Of a stretch of DNA of 64,000 nucleotides, positions 33,019-43,422 are shown one piece after another; the stretch's first letter is position 1; each line of letters starts with the position of its first letter. This stretch comes from an uncultured Chloroflexia bacterium (GTDB lineage: Bacteria; Chloroflexota; Anaerolineae; B4-G1; SLSP01): positions 96,001-160,000 of the forward strand of contig CAVVUS010000023.1 of assembly GCA_963751345.1 (NCBI GenBank). Direction: 5' to 3'. The notes below the pieces were generated by a model. It did no database searches. It saw nothing but the letters and a program-made list of their open reading frames with translations, and was not told where the DNA came from. The position numbers were made by a program, and so were the translations under genes.

Positions 33019-34368
33019 AGGATCTCCCCCGGACGCACAAACCGCTGGCCGCTTGGGTGCACCGGGGCGGGCTCAATGGTGGGCTGGCCTTCACCCGCCG
33101 CTGCCATACGTCGCAGCAATCGCTCTCGCATGCTTGCCTTCACCTCGCCATAGGCATCGTAGTTGACCAAGTTGTGAAGCTCGTATGGATCCGCCTGCAG
33201 GTCGTAGAGAAACTCCTCGACGTAATGGTCGCTGTCGGGATCGCGGCCCCCATGCTTGTCCGGCGCGCTCACACTGTACTTCCAGCGCTCCGTTCTCACT
33301 GCCCTGCCGACCTGCGCTTCGCTGATCTGGAGGAAGACTTCCTCAGGCCAATCCGCGCGGCTGCCCTGCAGCAGTGGCATAACGGAGCGTCCGTGCATCG
33401 AGGGCGGCACCGGAATCCCGGCCGCATCCAGGAGGGTCGGCGGCAGATCGACGAGGCTCACGAGCTGCTGAACGCGTCCGCCCCCCGTGAATCCCGGCCC
33501 GATCGCCGCGGTCGGTACCCGGATCGAGCTTTCGTGGCACGATCGTTTGTACTCCCCGTTGCGCGTCTTGAAATGGCAGCCGTGGTCCGACGTGAAGAGC
33601 ACGATCGTGTTCTCGTCGAGATCCAGGCTCTTGAAGAGCGTCCAGCATCCGCCCGAGTGCCTCATCCAGCCGCTTGACGATGCCATAGTAACCGGCTAGA
33701 TGCTGCTGGGTAGAGCCGCCAAGGGCGGCCAGATCGGGGGGCACCCATCGGTTCTGGTAGGGTTCTCGGCACCCCGACGGCGGCACGAAATCGTCGATGC
33801 GGTTCTGGTGGTGCGGCTCCAAGTAGGAGACGAAGAGGAAGAACGGTTCGGTCCGGTGGTCGTCGATGTAGCGGATGACAGCGTCGGTCTGGGCGTCAAC
33901 CCGATAGCCGGGCAGCTTCACCGGCTCCCCATCGTTGTCGAACATCACCGTGTCGTAGGGTTCCGAGCAGAACTCGAGGACGTTAGCCGCCAGCCAATAC
34001 TCGTATCCTCCGCGCTGCGATTCCCGGACCGGATCTTCGTCGGCCAGATGCCACTTTCCGATGTACCCTGTCGTGTAGCCGGCATCGCGGAAGAAGTGGG
34101 CCAGGGTGTGCTCCTCCTCACGCAGCGCGAGGCCGTTGCGCCATACGCCAGTGTCCAGGGCGTAGCGACCCGTTTGGAGGCTCGCGCGGGCGGGACCACA
34201 GACCGGCTGGCAGGTGAAGGCGTTATAGACGTGGGTTCCGGCCATCGCCATACGGTCGAAGTTGGGCGTCAGTCCCAGTGGGTTACCGTGGACGCCGGTC
34301 GTATCCCAGCGCTGTTGATCGGTGAAGAACACGATCACGTTCGGGTGATCCGTTGGTCGTCGTGGCAT
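33015..34368 (-). CDS. Sulfatase (Cys-type formylglycine); frameshift near 33635
   Basis: PNVIVFFTDQQR, CGPAR (CxPxR), GKWHL, FTSDHG. Confidence 0.93.
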
Positions 34369-34626
34369 CTTTGTCTCCTTCGTGGTCGTGGAGCGTTGGC
34401 CTTGGAACATTATAGTCGGGTCGGAAGCGGCGACAACACAGCCGCTCCCATCTTTGTGTTTGCCCTCCTGTTGTGTACGAACTGCCTCCGAAGGAGGGAA
34501 GGCTGAGCCCGAGGGGGGAAGACAGCGTATAGCGGTGGGCCCGCGAGATGGCGAAATCACCGGAATGGACTATCCTTCGGGGTGCGAGCGCGGGCATATA
34601 CCGACGGTTTGGTCAGGAGGGTGATC

Positions 34627-35428
34627 ATGAAGCGTTACGTGGACCTGGTCTACGCCCAGGTAGATGATCGAATCTCTGCTCCTGGATCTCTATCTACCCG
34701 AAGACGTGGCGAGCCCGTTGCCACTCATCGTCTGGATCCATGGAGGGGCCTGGCGAGAGGGGACGAAGGAGCATCCGAGAGCACTGCGGCTCGTGTCGGA
34801 CGGCTACGCAGTCGCGAGCGTCGAGTACCGCTTGAGCCAGGAGGCGATTTTCCCGGCGCAGATCCACGACTGCAAGGCGGCGGTGCGGTGGCTGCGGGCC
34901 CATGCCGGCACCTACGGTCTGGATCCCTCGCGCGTGGCGGCGTGGGGTGGGTCTGCCGGAGCCCACCTCGCCTCGCTCCTGGGCGTGACAGCGGGCGTGC
35001 CCGAGCTCGAGGGCAGTCTTGGCCATCCGGAGCAGTCCAGCGCCGTGCGCGCTGTCTGTAGCTGGTATGGGCCCAGTGATCTCCTGCGGATGAATGATAT
35101 ACGCGGGGCGATGGATCACGATGCGCCCGACTCGCCCGAGTCCCAACTCGTGGGCGCCCCGATCCAGGCCCATCCCGATCTGGTCGCGAGGGCAAATCCG
35201 ATCACCTACGTTGGGCCCGATGCCCCGCCCTTCCTGCTGATGCACGGTACCGCGGACGACGTCGTCATCCCCAGCCAGAGCGAGCTGCTTCACTCTGCCC
35301 TGGTTGGCGCCGGGGCTCAGTCGACCCTGATCCTTCTCGGCGGGCTGGGCCACGGATTTCCGGGGGAGCACGGGCGTTGGAGCGAGATCTATGGTTACGT
35401 GGGGGCCTTCCTCGATGCGGTCGTCTGA
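34627..35428 (+). CDS. Alpha/beta hydrolase (HSL-type esterase); frameshift near 34665
   Basis: HGGAW, GGSAG nucleophile elbow, HGTADD, GHG. Confidence 0.9.
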
Positions 35429-35537
35429 CTCGCTACTGTCCGTCCGGCGCTGCCATGGCTTGCACAAAGCCATTCTTCTTATATAATATGCATATATGAT
35501 AAATCGAGCGCGGCCGAGTCTAGCTCGCCGGTCAGCG

Positions 35538-36722
35538 ATGCATTGGCAAGTCTGGACCCTGCTGGCGCTGTTCGCGCTTTTGGTTGGGTGCGTACCAGAG
35601 AATCCATCCATCAACAAACCTGGAGTTGAGCAGATGACCAATCCATCTCAGAGCACAATCCTCGTCTACGTTGGGACCTATACGGCTAAGGGCAGCAAAG
35701 GCATCTACACTTACACATTCGATCCGATCGCCGGAACACTGGAGCTACTGGGATACGTCGAGGCCAACAACCCGTCCTACCTGGCCATACATCCCGACAA
35801 GACAACCCTCTACGCGGTCAACGAAGTGGGGGAGTTCCGGGGTGAGCCCACTGGGGCCGTCAGTGCATTCGCTATCGATGCCGACACAGGCCTGCTCACA
35901 CTGCTCAACCAGCAGCCATCCCGAGGTCGATCTCCTGCCTATATCACCGTGGACCCTGAGGGAAAACAGGTCTATGTAGCGAACTACTCGAGTGGGACGG
36001 CTGCGGTCTTCCCGGTTCTGGACGATGGCGGCATTGGGGCGGCGACTGACGTGGTGCAGCACGAAGGGTCAGGGCCGAACGCGCGGCGCCAGCGGGAGCC
36101 GCATGCCCACTCGGTCAACCTCGATCCTGAGGGCCATCGGGCCTACGTGGCCGACCTTGGGATCGACAAGCTCATGATCTACGATGTCGAGACAGAGCCG
36201 GGCAAGCTGGTGCCTAACGATCCCCCGTATGCTGAGGTAGAGGGTGGGTCGGGGCCACGGCATTTCACCTTTCATCCCAATGGCACGGTCGCCTATCTCA
36301 TCAACGAAATGGGAAACACGATCTCCGTCTTTGCCTACGACCCCAGTGATGGCGGGCTAACCCTGCTACAGACAGTGCCCACGCTCCCCGCGGGGTTCGA
36401 GGGCCGCAGTACGACCGCCGACATCCACGTGCACCCGACGGGCCGGTTTCTCTACGGATCAAACCGGGGAGACGACAGCATCGTCGTCTACGCGATCGCG
36501 CCTGAAGAGGGCACATTGTCGTACGTCGGTCACGTCTCTACAGGAGGTAGGACGCCACGCAACTTCGCGATCGATCCGTCGGGAGCGTACCTGCTCGCCG
36601 CGAATCAAGACAGCGATAATGTCGTGGTCTTCCGCATCGACCCGGATTCGGGCTTGCCGGTCGCAACCGGTGCCGAGATGATGGTCTCGATGCCGGTATG
36701 CATCAAGTTTCTGATTCGGTAG
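35538..36722 (+). CDS. Lactonase (6-phosphogluconolactonase, beta-propeller), possibly a lipoprotein
   Basis: YVGTYT, NPSYL, VANY, PHAHSV, DLGID, GPRH, SNRG, TPRNF; possible lipobox LVGC; start uncertain (35496, 35538 or 35634). Confidence 0.88.
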   Translation: MHWQVWTLLALFALLVGCVPENPSINKPGVEQMTNPSQSTILVYVGTYTAKGSKGIYTYTFDPIAGTLELLGYVEANNPSYLAIHPDKTTLYAVNEVGEFRGEPTGAVSAFAIDADTGLLTLLNQQPSRGRSPAYITVDPEGKQVYVANYSSGTAAVFPVLDDGGIGAATDVVQHEGSGPNARRQREPHAHSVNLDPEGHRAYVADLGIDKLMIYDVETEPGKLVPNDPPYAEVEGGSGPRHFTFHPNGTVAYLINEMGNTISVFAYDPSDGGLTLLQTVPTLPAGFEGRSTTADIHVHPTGRFLYGSNRGDDSIVVYAIAPEEGTLSYVGHVSTGGRTPRNFAIDPSGAYLLAANQDSDNVVVFRIDPDSGLPVATGAEMMVSMPVCIKFLIR

Positions 36723-36831
36723 CATACGCAGTCCAGTTCCGCGTGGGCGCTGTGCCCACGCGGTAGCGGGAAATGAGGGCCTCAACGAAGGGGGCCCGCG
36801 GTCGGTGAGGTAGATACCTAAGGAGGGTACC

Positions 36832-37848
36832 ATGGCTAAGGTTGGCATTAATGGACTCGGTAGGATCGGGAGGGCGGCTCTCAAGGTTATCCTTGAGACA
36901 CCGGGACTGGAGTTTGTGGGCGCCAACGACATCGCACCTCTGGACAACATCGCCTATTTGCTCAAACACGACACGGTGTATGGACGGTATGACAAGTCTG
37001 TAGAGGTCTCGGAGGGTGCGCTGGTTATCGATGGCAAGTCCTACCCGTACTTCAGCGAGCGCGATCCGGCCAACATCCCCTGGCGCGACGTCGGCGCGGA
37101 GATCGTCATCGAGAGCACGGGGTTCTTCCGTACGCAGGAGGATGCGGCGAAACACATCAAGGCCGGGGCGAAGACGGTCGTGATCTCGGCGCCCGGCAAG
37201 AGCAAGGAGACCCCCACCGTCGTGTACGGCGTCAACACCGACGACGGGATGGTCCAGGTGCTCTCCTGCGCGAGCTGCACGACAAACTGTATTGCGCCTG
37301 TCGTCGAGGTGATGAGTCGCAGAATCGGTGTGGAGAAGGCGATCATGACCACAGTGCACGCTTACACGAGCACTCAGGCATTGGTCGACGCACCCAACAA
37401 GAGCGACTTCCGGCGTGGCCGGGCCGCGGCTGCCAATTTCGTTCCAACATCGACCGGAGCCGCTATCGCGACCACGAAAGTCGTCACCGAACTCGCCGGC
37501 AAGTTCGACGGGGTCGCCATCCGCGCGCCGATACCTGCGGGCTCCATCGCCGATATCGTCTTCCTTACCGCACGTGACACCACCATTGAGGAAGTGAACC
37601 AAATCCTGCGCGAGGAGGCCGCGACCGATCGGTACCATGAGGTGTTGGCCGTCTCTGATGAGCCGCTGGTTTCCTCTGACATCGTTGGCGATTCACACGG
37701 ATCGATCGTGGATCTTGCGATGACCAATGTGGTCGATGGTAACCTGGTGAAGGTGATGAGTTGGTATGACAACGAGTGGGGATTCACCAATCAGATGATT
37801 CGTGAGATCCTCGCCATCGCCAAGGGGAGTTCCGGGTTCAGCGCCTAG
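36832..37848 (+). CDS. gap: Type I glyceraldehyde-3-phosphate dehydrogenase
   Basis: GINGLGRIGR, ASCTTNC, WYDNEWG. Confidence 0.96.
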   Translation: MAKVGINGLGRIGRAALKVILETPGLEFVGANDIAPLDNIAYLLKHDTVYGRYDKSVEVSEGALVIDGKSYPYFSERDPANIPWRDVGAEIVIESTGFFRTQEDAAKHIKAGAKTVVISAPGKSKETPTVVYGVNTDDGMVQVLSCASCTTNCIAPVVEVMSRRIGVEKAIMTTVHAYTSTQALVDAPNKSDFRRGRAAAANFVPTSTGAAIATTKVVTELAGKFDGVAIRAPIPAGSIADIVFLTARDTTIEEVNQILREEAATDRYHEVLAVSDEPLVSSDIVGDSHGSIVDLAMTNVVDGNLVKVMSWYDNEWGFTNQMIREILAIAKGSSGFSA

Positions 37849-37967
37849 TGGGTGGGAGGCAATGCGTCGCCCGAGCGTGCCGGACACAGCGTCAGCCGGT
37901 CGGTCTGCCGCTTGGTGTGATGCGCTCGGCAGTTCAGTGGATGGGAAAGCCTGAAAGGAGCTAACCA

Positions 37968-38984
37968 ATGGAATATCGATCTCTAGGTCGCACAGGCGTG
38001 TTGGTTTCGCCGCTCTGCCTGGGCGCAATGAATTTCGGCGGCCCGACTGATGAATCTACGTCCATCGAGATCATCAACCGGGCACTGGATGCAGGCGTCA
38101 ATTTTGTTGACACGGCAAACGTCTACAATCACGGCGAGAGCGAACGCATCGTCGGCGAGGCCTTCAAACAGAATGGTCGACGCGACGATATCGTGCTGGC
38201 TACGAAGGTGCACGGCAATATGGGGGAGGGACCGAACGAGCAGGGAAACTCGCGCTATCATATCATCAAGGCGTGCGAGGACTCGCTGCGGCGGCTGAAG
38301 ACAGATCACATCGATCTCTACCAGTTGCATCGCCCGTCGTTGACCATCCCGCAGGATGAGACGCTGCGGGCATTCGATGATCTGGTCCGCGCGGGTAAGG
38401 TCCGGTATATCGGCTGCTCCACGCATCCGGCATGGATGGTCATGGAGGCGCTGTCGATTAGTGAGAAGATGAACCTCGCGCGATACGTCAGTGAGCAGCC
38501 GCCCTACAACCTCCTGGACCGGCGGATCGAGAACGAGTTGCTCCCGCTCGCGCGGAAGTATGGCATGGCGATCCTGCCCTGGTCCCCGCTCGCCGGCGGC
38601 ATCCTTGCCGGGAAGTATACGCTTGGGATGATCGAGGAGGATGAGTATCCCGAGGGCTCACGGGCAGAGCGATCGGGTGAGTGGTTCCGCTCCCGCGTGA
38701 CGCGCGAGGGGGTGAAGGTGGCTGCCAAAGTTCAGGCCTATGCAGAGCAGCGTGGGCTAAACGCAGCACAGTTCTCAACGCTCTGGTGCAAGGATCAGCC
38801 CGGCGTGACCGCCCCAATCATCGGGCCGCGGACGATCGCACACCTCGACGACGCACTCGCAGTGCTGGATCTGTCGCTGACGGACGAGGATCGCAGTTTC
38901 TTTGATGCGCTTGTGCATCCGGGCAACGCTGTTGCCGACTTCCACAACAGCAACCCATGGATGCAGGCGCGTCTCAATGCTTGA
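37968..38984 (+). CDS. Aldo/keto reductase
   Basis: LGRTG..VSPLCLG, DTANVY, LATK, IDLYQLH, PWSPLAGG. Confidence 0.93.
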   Translation: MEYRSLGRTGVLVSPLCLGAMNFGGPTDESTSIEIINRALDAGVNFVDTANVYNHGESERIVGEAFKQNGRRDDIVLATKVHGNMGEGPNEQGNSRYHIIKACEDSLRRLKTDHIDLYQLHRPSLTIPQDETLRAFDDLVRAGKVRYIGCSTHPAWMVMEALSISEKMNLARYVSEQPPYNLLDRRIENELLPLARKYGMAILPWSPLAGGILAGKYTLGMIEEDEYPEGSRAERSGEWFRSRVTREGVKVAAKVQAYAEQRGLNAAQFSTLWCKDQPGVTAPIIGPRTIAHLDDALAVLDLSLTDEDRSFFDALVHPGNAVADFHNSNPWMQARLNA

Positions 38985-38997
38985 CCAAAGCCTGCGA

Positions 38998-39040
38998 CGA
39001 CTGGGCACGGCCCCGACTCGTGAGGGGCCGTGCCCAGTCG
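38998..39040. terminator. GC-rich hairpin after the AKR gene (terminator or REP-like)
   Basis: CGACTGGGCACGGCCCC-9 nt-GGGGCCGTGCCCAGTCG, 17-bp stem, no U-tract. Confidence 0.55.
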
Positions 39041-39056
39041 ATCTGGCATTCTGACG

Positions 39057-39527
39057 ATGACAATACATACAGCCACAACAATCGCTGGTCCGCTACAGGG
39101 CGAGAATCACGGTAAGGGGTCCGTGGACTTCCCGCTTGCCGGAATCCTTCTGGTCGAGGACGAGGCGATCCTCGCCGAGATGATGCGCCGCATGCTGATC
39201 CGCTGGGGATACGATGTCGTAGGTATGCTGCACGCGGGTGAAGACGCCGTAGCGCAAGCCGCGAGCCTACGTCCCGATCTGATCGTGATGGATGTCAAGC
39301 TATCCGGTGCAATGGACGGCATTGAGGCCGCCCGCCGTATCGTGGCGGAGCTGCCTCGGCCCGTGATCTTCACAACCGGCTATTCTCAGCCCTCAGGTTG
39401 TGATGCCATATCTGCTTCCGGCGTTCCCTGTGCTATGATGAGCAAGCCTGTGCTGCCGGTCCAGTTGCGACGCAACATCGAGGATCTTCTGGGCGGTGAT
39501 GGCGATCGACTCGTGTATCATAGCTAG
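39057..39527 (+). CDS. Single-domain response regulator (receiver only)
   Basis: ILLVEDE, PDLIVMDVKL..MDG, FTTGY, SKP; start uncertain (39057 or GTG 39123). Confidence 0.85.
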   Translation: MTIHTATTIAGPLQGENHGKGSVDFPLAGILLVEDEAILAEMMRRMLIRWGYDVVGMLHAGEDAVAQAASLRPDLIVMDVKLSGAMDGIEAARRIVAELPRPVIFTTGYSQPSGCDAISASGVPCAMMSKPVLPVQLRRNIEDLLGGDGDRLVYHS

Positions 39528-39563
39528 TGCTGGGCTGGTGATCGTGCGAGCGGGGAGGATAGA

Positions 39564-40839
39564 ATGCGGTTAAAGCTAGCATACGGACGGGGTGGCCTGT
39601 CGCTGGCGCTTCCCGATGCTGCGGATGTTACCATCATTGAGCCGAAGTACGTGGAGGGACTGACAGACGAAGCCAAGAGCCTCACCGCCGCACTTCTGTC
39701 CCCGCTCGGCACTCGACCTCTGGGGCAACTGGTGGGTCCCGATGACAGTGTTGCCGTGGTTCTCAGCGATATCACACGCCCGATGCCCAATGATCGCGTG
39801 CTGCCTCCGCTGTTGGAGGCCCTGGGCGATGCGGGCGTCCGCGACGAGCGGATCACGTTGATCAACGGCCTCGGCACCCACCGACCGCAATCCGAAGAAG
39901 AGTTGGCGCGCATGCTGGGTGCCGATCTGGTGCGCCGTACGCATATCGTGCAGCACGACGCGTGGGACGACGCCAACCTCGTGGGGGTCGCGCGCAATCA
40001 CGCCGGCCGCGTCGTTCGTGTCAATCGAGCCTATGTCGAGGCGTCGGTCAGGATACTGACGGGATTTGTGGAGCCGCACTTCTTTGCAGGTTTCAGCGGT
40101 GGACCAAAAGCCGTCCTCCCGGCGATCGCGGACATCGAGTCGATCATGGACAACCACGGGGCCAGACTGCTTGTCACACCCCAAGGCGACCTGGGCCGTG
40201 ACGACAGGCAATCCCCTTTGGGAGGAGATCCGCGACGTCGCCGTGGCGACCCAGCCGACGTTCCTGCTCAACGTCACGCTCAACCGCGACCGTGCAATCA
40301 CCGGTATCTTCGCGGGAGATATGCTGACGGCACACCGAGCCGCGATCGATTTCGTGCGTCCCCGAGCACTTCAGCCCGTATCCGCGCCGTATGATATCGT
40401 CGTGACCTCCAATAGCGGCTATCCCCTGGACCTCAACCTCTATCAGGCGGTCAAGGGAATGTCGGCAGCCGCCCAGATCGTGCGACCCGGCGGCGACATC
40501 ATCATCGCCGCGGAGTGTTGGGACGGTATTCCCTCGCACGGGGAGTACGGTCGCCTGCTTCGCGAAGCCGAATCCATCGATGCACTGCTGGCCACGATCC
40601 GGGCACCCGGTTTCCGCTGTCATGACCAGTGGGAGGCCCAGATCCAGGCGCAGATCCAGCAGAAAGCACACGTTCACGTCTACGCCGATGGCCTGACGGA
40701 CGAGCAACTCCGTGAGGCAATGGTCATTCCTTGCCGATCCATCGAGGACCGCGTTGGGGAACTGCTGCGGCTCAATCCCGAAGCACGGATTGCCGTGCTG
40801 CCCGAGGGCCCTCAGACCGTGCCCTATCTGGCCTCCTGA
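39564..40839 (+). CDS. larA: Nickel-pincer lactate racemase family protein; frameshift near 40175
   Basis: LAYG, SDITRP, GLGTHR, EPHFFAGFSGGPKAVLP, GYPLDLNLYQAVKG, DQWEAQ. Confidence 0.9.
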
Positions 40840-40841
40840 AT

Positions 40842-43400
40842 CTACAGGGTGACCCGCAGATCGGTGAACCTCGGTATGCCGAGGACCGCCGACCGTCGTA
40901 CCGGGTCGGCTCGGGCAATCGCGTATTGCCGCCCATCGACCTCGATCGCCCGAGGCACGCGGCGTAGGCCGTTCAGGGTGAGTTCCACGTGTTCGTAGGG
41001 CGGGTTATAGTCCCCTGTGTGCTCCCACCGGATCGCCAACGTCCGCTCATCCTGCTTGACCACGAAGTGGCTCAGGCGGAAGGCCCCGGACCGGTACGCC
41101 ATTCCCTCCCCGGCGTCCTCATAGAGCTCCGTGACCATGTCCGCATCGCCCGACGGCAGGTAGACGCCTAGCCGGAGGAACTTCTGCACACGATGGTCGG
41201 CATTCGGAGCGCTCTCGCCCATCGTGAGGACGGTTCCGGCACGCACAAGCAAGGGGAGTGTCTCCAGGGGTGCTGGAAGATCGACTTCCGTCCCTCCCAC
41301 GACTGCCTGGTTTGTCCAGAAGTCGAACCACGTGCCCGATGGCATTCGGACCGAGCGCGTGGTCCTGCCAGCCTCGAGTACCGGCGCGACCAGAAGGGCG
41401 TCGCCACAGAGATAGGCGTCGTCAACATCCCAAAGCGAGATATCTGTGGGATCTGTCCATGCGAGCGGCCTCACCACCGGCCAGCCTCGCTTGGACATCT
41501 GCCAGACGGCTGTGTAGAGATAGGGTAGCAACTCGTAGCGAAGCTCGATGAATCGTCGGACAATGCTCAGATAGGGTTCTCCGTAGGACCAGGGCTCCTG
41601 GTCGGGGAACCCTTTGGCGGTGTGAGCTCGAAAGAAAGGCATAAACGCCGCCGCCTGGATCCAGCGGGTGAAAAGCTCCCCATCCGGCTCGCCGAGAAAT
41701 CCGCCCACGTCCGGACCTGTGAAGCCGACCCCCGACAGTCCGAGGCCCAGCACAATCGGGAGCGTCAGCCGCAGTCCCGCCCAGGTGCTCTCATTGTCGG
41801 CGGTCCACGAGGTAGCGTAACGCTGGACACCGGCCCACCCGGCACGTGTGATCACAACAGGGCGTCTGTCCGGCTCGAGTCGCTCAAGTCCCTCCCTCGT
41901 GGCGCGCGCCATCAGCATACCGTAGACATTGTGGATCGCGGCGTGGGTGCAGCCGGTGCCCTCTGCGGCGTGACGCAGCGTCAACGGAAGCGTGGGATCG
42001 CCAATCGCGCCAAAGGCCGAGGGCTCATTCATGTCGTCCCAGATTCCGGCGATGCCGCTCTCAAGCAGCGAACGGTGAAGGTCTCCCCACCACGCGCGTG
42101 TGTCTGGGGCTGTGAAGTCCGGGAATGCGCTGTCGGCAGGCCAGACGGGAGCGTGAAAGACCCGCCCATCGGGCGTCGTACAGAAGTGTGCATCCCTCAA
42201 CCCATCGCGGTACACAGGATAGGCAGAGTCTCGCTTCACACCGGGATCCACGATGGAGATCAGCCTGATGCCCTGTTCGCGCAACTCTTCAGAGAGCCGT
42301 TTGGGATCCGGGAAGCGCCCGCGATCCCAGGTGAAACATCGAAAGCCATCCATGTAGTCGATGTCGAGATGGATGACGTCGCAGGGCACGTTGTGATCCT
42401 GGAAGTCACGTGCCAGCTTGCGGACGCGCTCCTCACTGTCGTACGACCACCGACTCTGGTGGTAGCCCAGCATCCAGAGGGGCGGCAGCGGGTGACGCCC
42501 GGTGAGCTCCGTATAGCGGGCCATAAGGTCAGGCGGCGTGCCGACGGCGAGATAGTAGCAAAGCTCGCCGCCGGCGAAGCGGTGCTCCGCGATCTCAGGT
42601 GTGGTCCCACCTAGATCATACTCGGCGTAGGTCGGATTGTCATAGAAGGCGAGATATGTCCTGGTACCGCCACCCGGCGAGCCCAGGACACCCAGATAGG
42701 CCGGGACATTGAGATTGATGGGGTCAGCCGCGTCAGCATAGCCCGCGGGATCCCTGTTCCATAGGATGTGTGTGCGACCTCGCCGGTCCCATGGCGTCGC
42801 ACGCTCGCCCAGACCAAAGATGCGCTCATCGGGCATCAGCGCGACGCGATGGCGGATGGCGCCCCCGGCATCCCAGGCGCCGTCGAGGTCCGCACGCAGC
42901 AGACTCCCATCAGGTGTCGCGATGAGGAGTCGAGCAGTGTTGAGCATGGCACCGACGACCAAGGCTTCACTCTGGACGAAGTAGGCCTCCTCTGCCTGGG
43001 TGGCCCTCACCGCGATGTCGGGCCATAGCTCAGGAGGTCTGGCAATAGCATATCGCGGCGCGTCGACATCGCTTCGGAGCTGCGCCACGTGGTAGCGAAC
43101 CCTGACGAGATCCGGCGCAATGAAGACGACTTCGATACTACATCGATCCGTTTCGAGAACCGCGCCCTGGTCAATTGGGCGCACGAACCGGACTGGGCCG
43201 GGCATTGTCCACTCCTTCGGCCACTTGGGGTGTGGACTGCCGAGGGCAAGCAGACGGGCTAATCCGCGGCGCCGCTCGCCGGAGGGCGTCCACGTCGCCT
43301 CAGTGATGGCTTTGCGAAAGGGGTATATCGCCGCCGATGCAATGGTGCGGGGGTGGAGCCCGGCGACGGCGGTACGCAGGTTTTCAAGCAGTCCTGGCAT
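40842..43400 (-). CDS. Glycoside hydrolase family 31 (alpha-glucosidase type)
   Basis: LGYHQSRWSY, LDIDYM, WDDMNEP, WTADN, GPDVGGF, FFRAH. Confidence 0.95.
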   Translation of the reverse strand: MPGLLENLRTAVAGLHPRTIASAAIYPFRKAITEATWTPSGERRRGLARLLALGSPHPKWPKEWTMPGPVRFVRPIDQGAVLETDRCSIEVVFIAPDLVRVRYHVAQLRSDVDAPRYAIARPPELWPDIAVRATQAEEAYFVQSEALVVGAMLNTARLLIATPDGSLLRADLDGAWDAGGAIRHRVALMPDERIFGLGERATPWDRRGRTHILWNRDPAGYADAADPINLNVPAYLGVLGSPGGGTRTYLAFYDNPTYAEYDLGGTTPEIAEHRFAGGELCYYLAVGTPPDLMARYTELTGRHPLPPLWMLGYHQSRWSYDSEERVRKLARDFQDHNVPCDVIHLDIDYMDGFRCFTWDRGRFPDPKRLSEELREQGIRLISIVDPGVKRDSAYPVYRDGLRDAHFCTTPDGRVFHAPVWPADSAFPDFTAPDTRAWWGDLHRSLLESGIAGIWDDMNEPSAFGAIGDPTLPLTLRHAAEGTGCTHAAIHNVYGMLMARATREGLERLEPDRRPVVITRAGWAGVQRYATSWTADNESTWAGLRLTLPIVLGLGLSGVGFTGPDVGGFLGEPDGELFTRWIQAAAFMPFFRAHTAKGFPDQEPWSYGEPYLSIVRRFIELRYELLPYLYTAVWQMSKRGWPVVRPLAWTDPTDISLWDVDDAYLCGDALLVAPVLEAGRTTRSVRMPSGTWFDFWTNQAVVGGTEVDLPAPLETLPLLVRAGTVLTMGESAPNADHRVQKFLRLGVYLPSGDADMVTELYEDAGEGMAYRSGAFRLSHFVVKQDERTLAIRWEHTGDYNPPYEHVELTLNGLRRVPRAIEVDGRQYAIARADPVRRSAVLGIPRFTDLRVTL

Positions 43401-43422
43401 AGGGTGACCTCTCCCCGTTTGG

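Noticed and set aside
34430-34620. Possible structured RNA between the divergent sulfatase and esterase genes
   Set aside because: Only short GC-rich stems, expected by chance at this composition, and no known motif.
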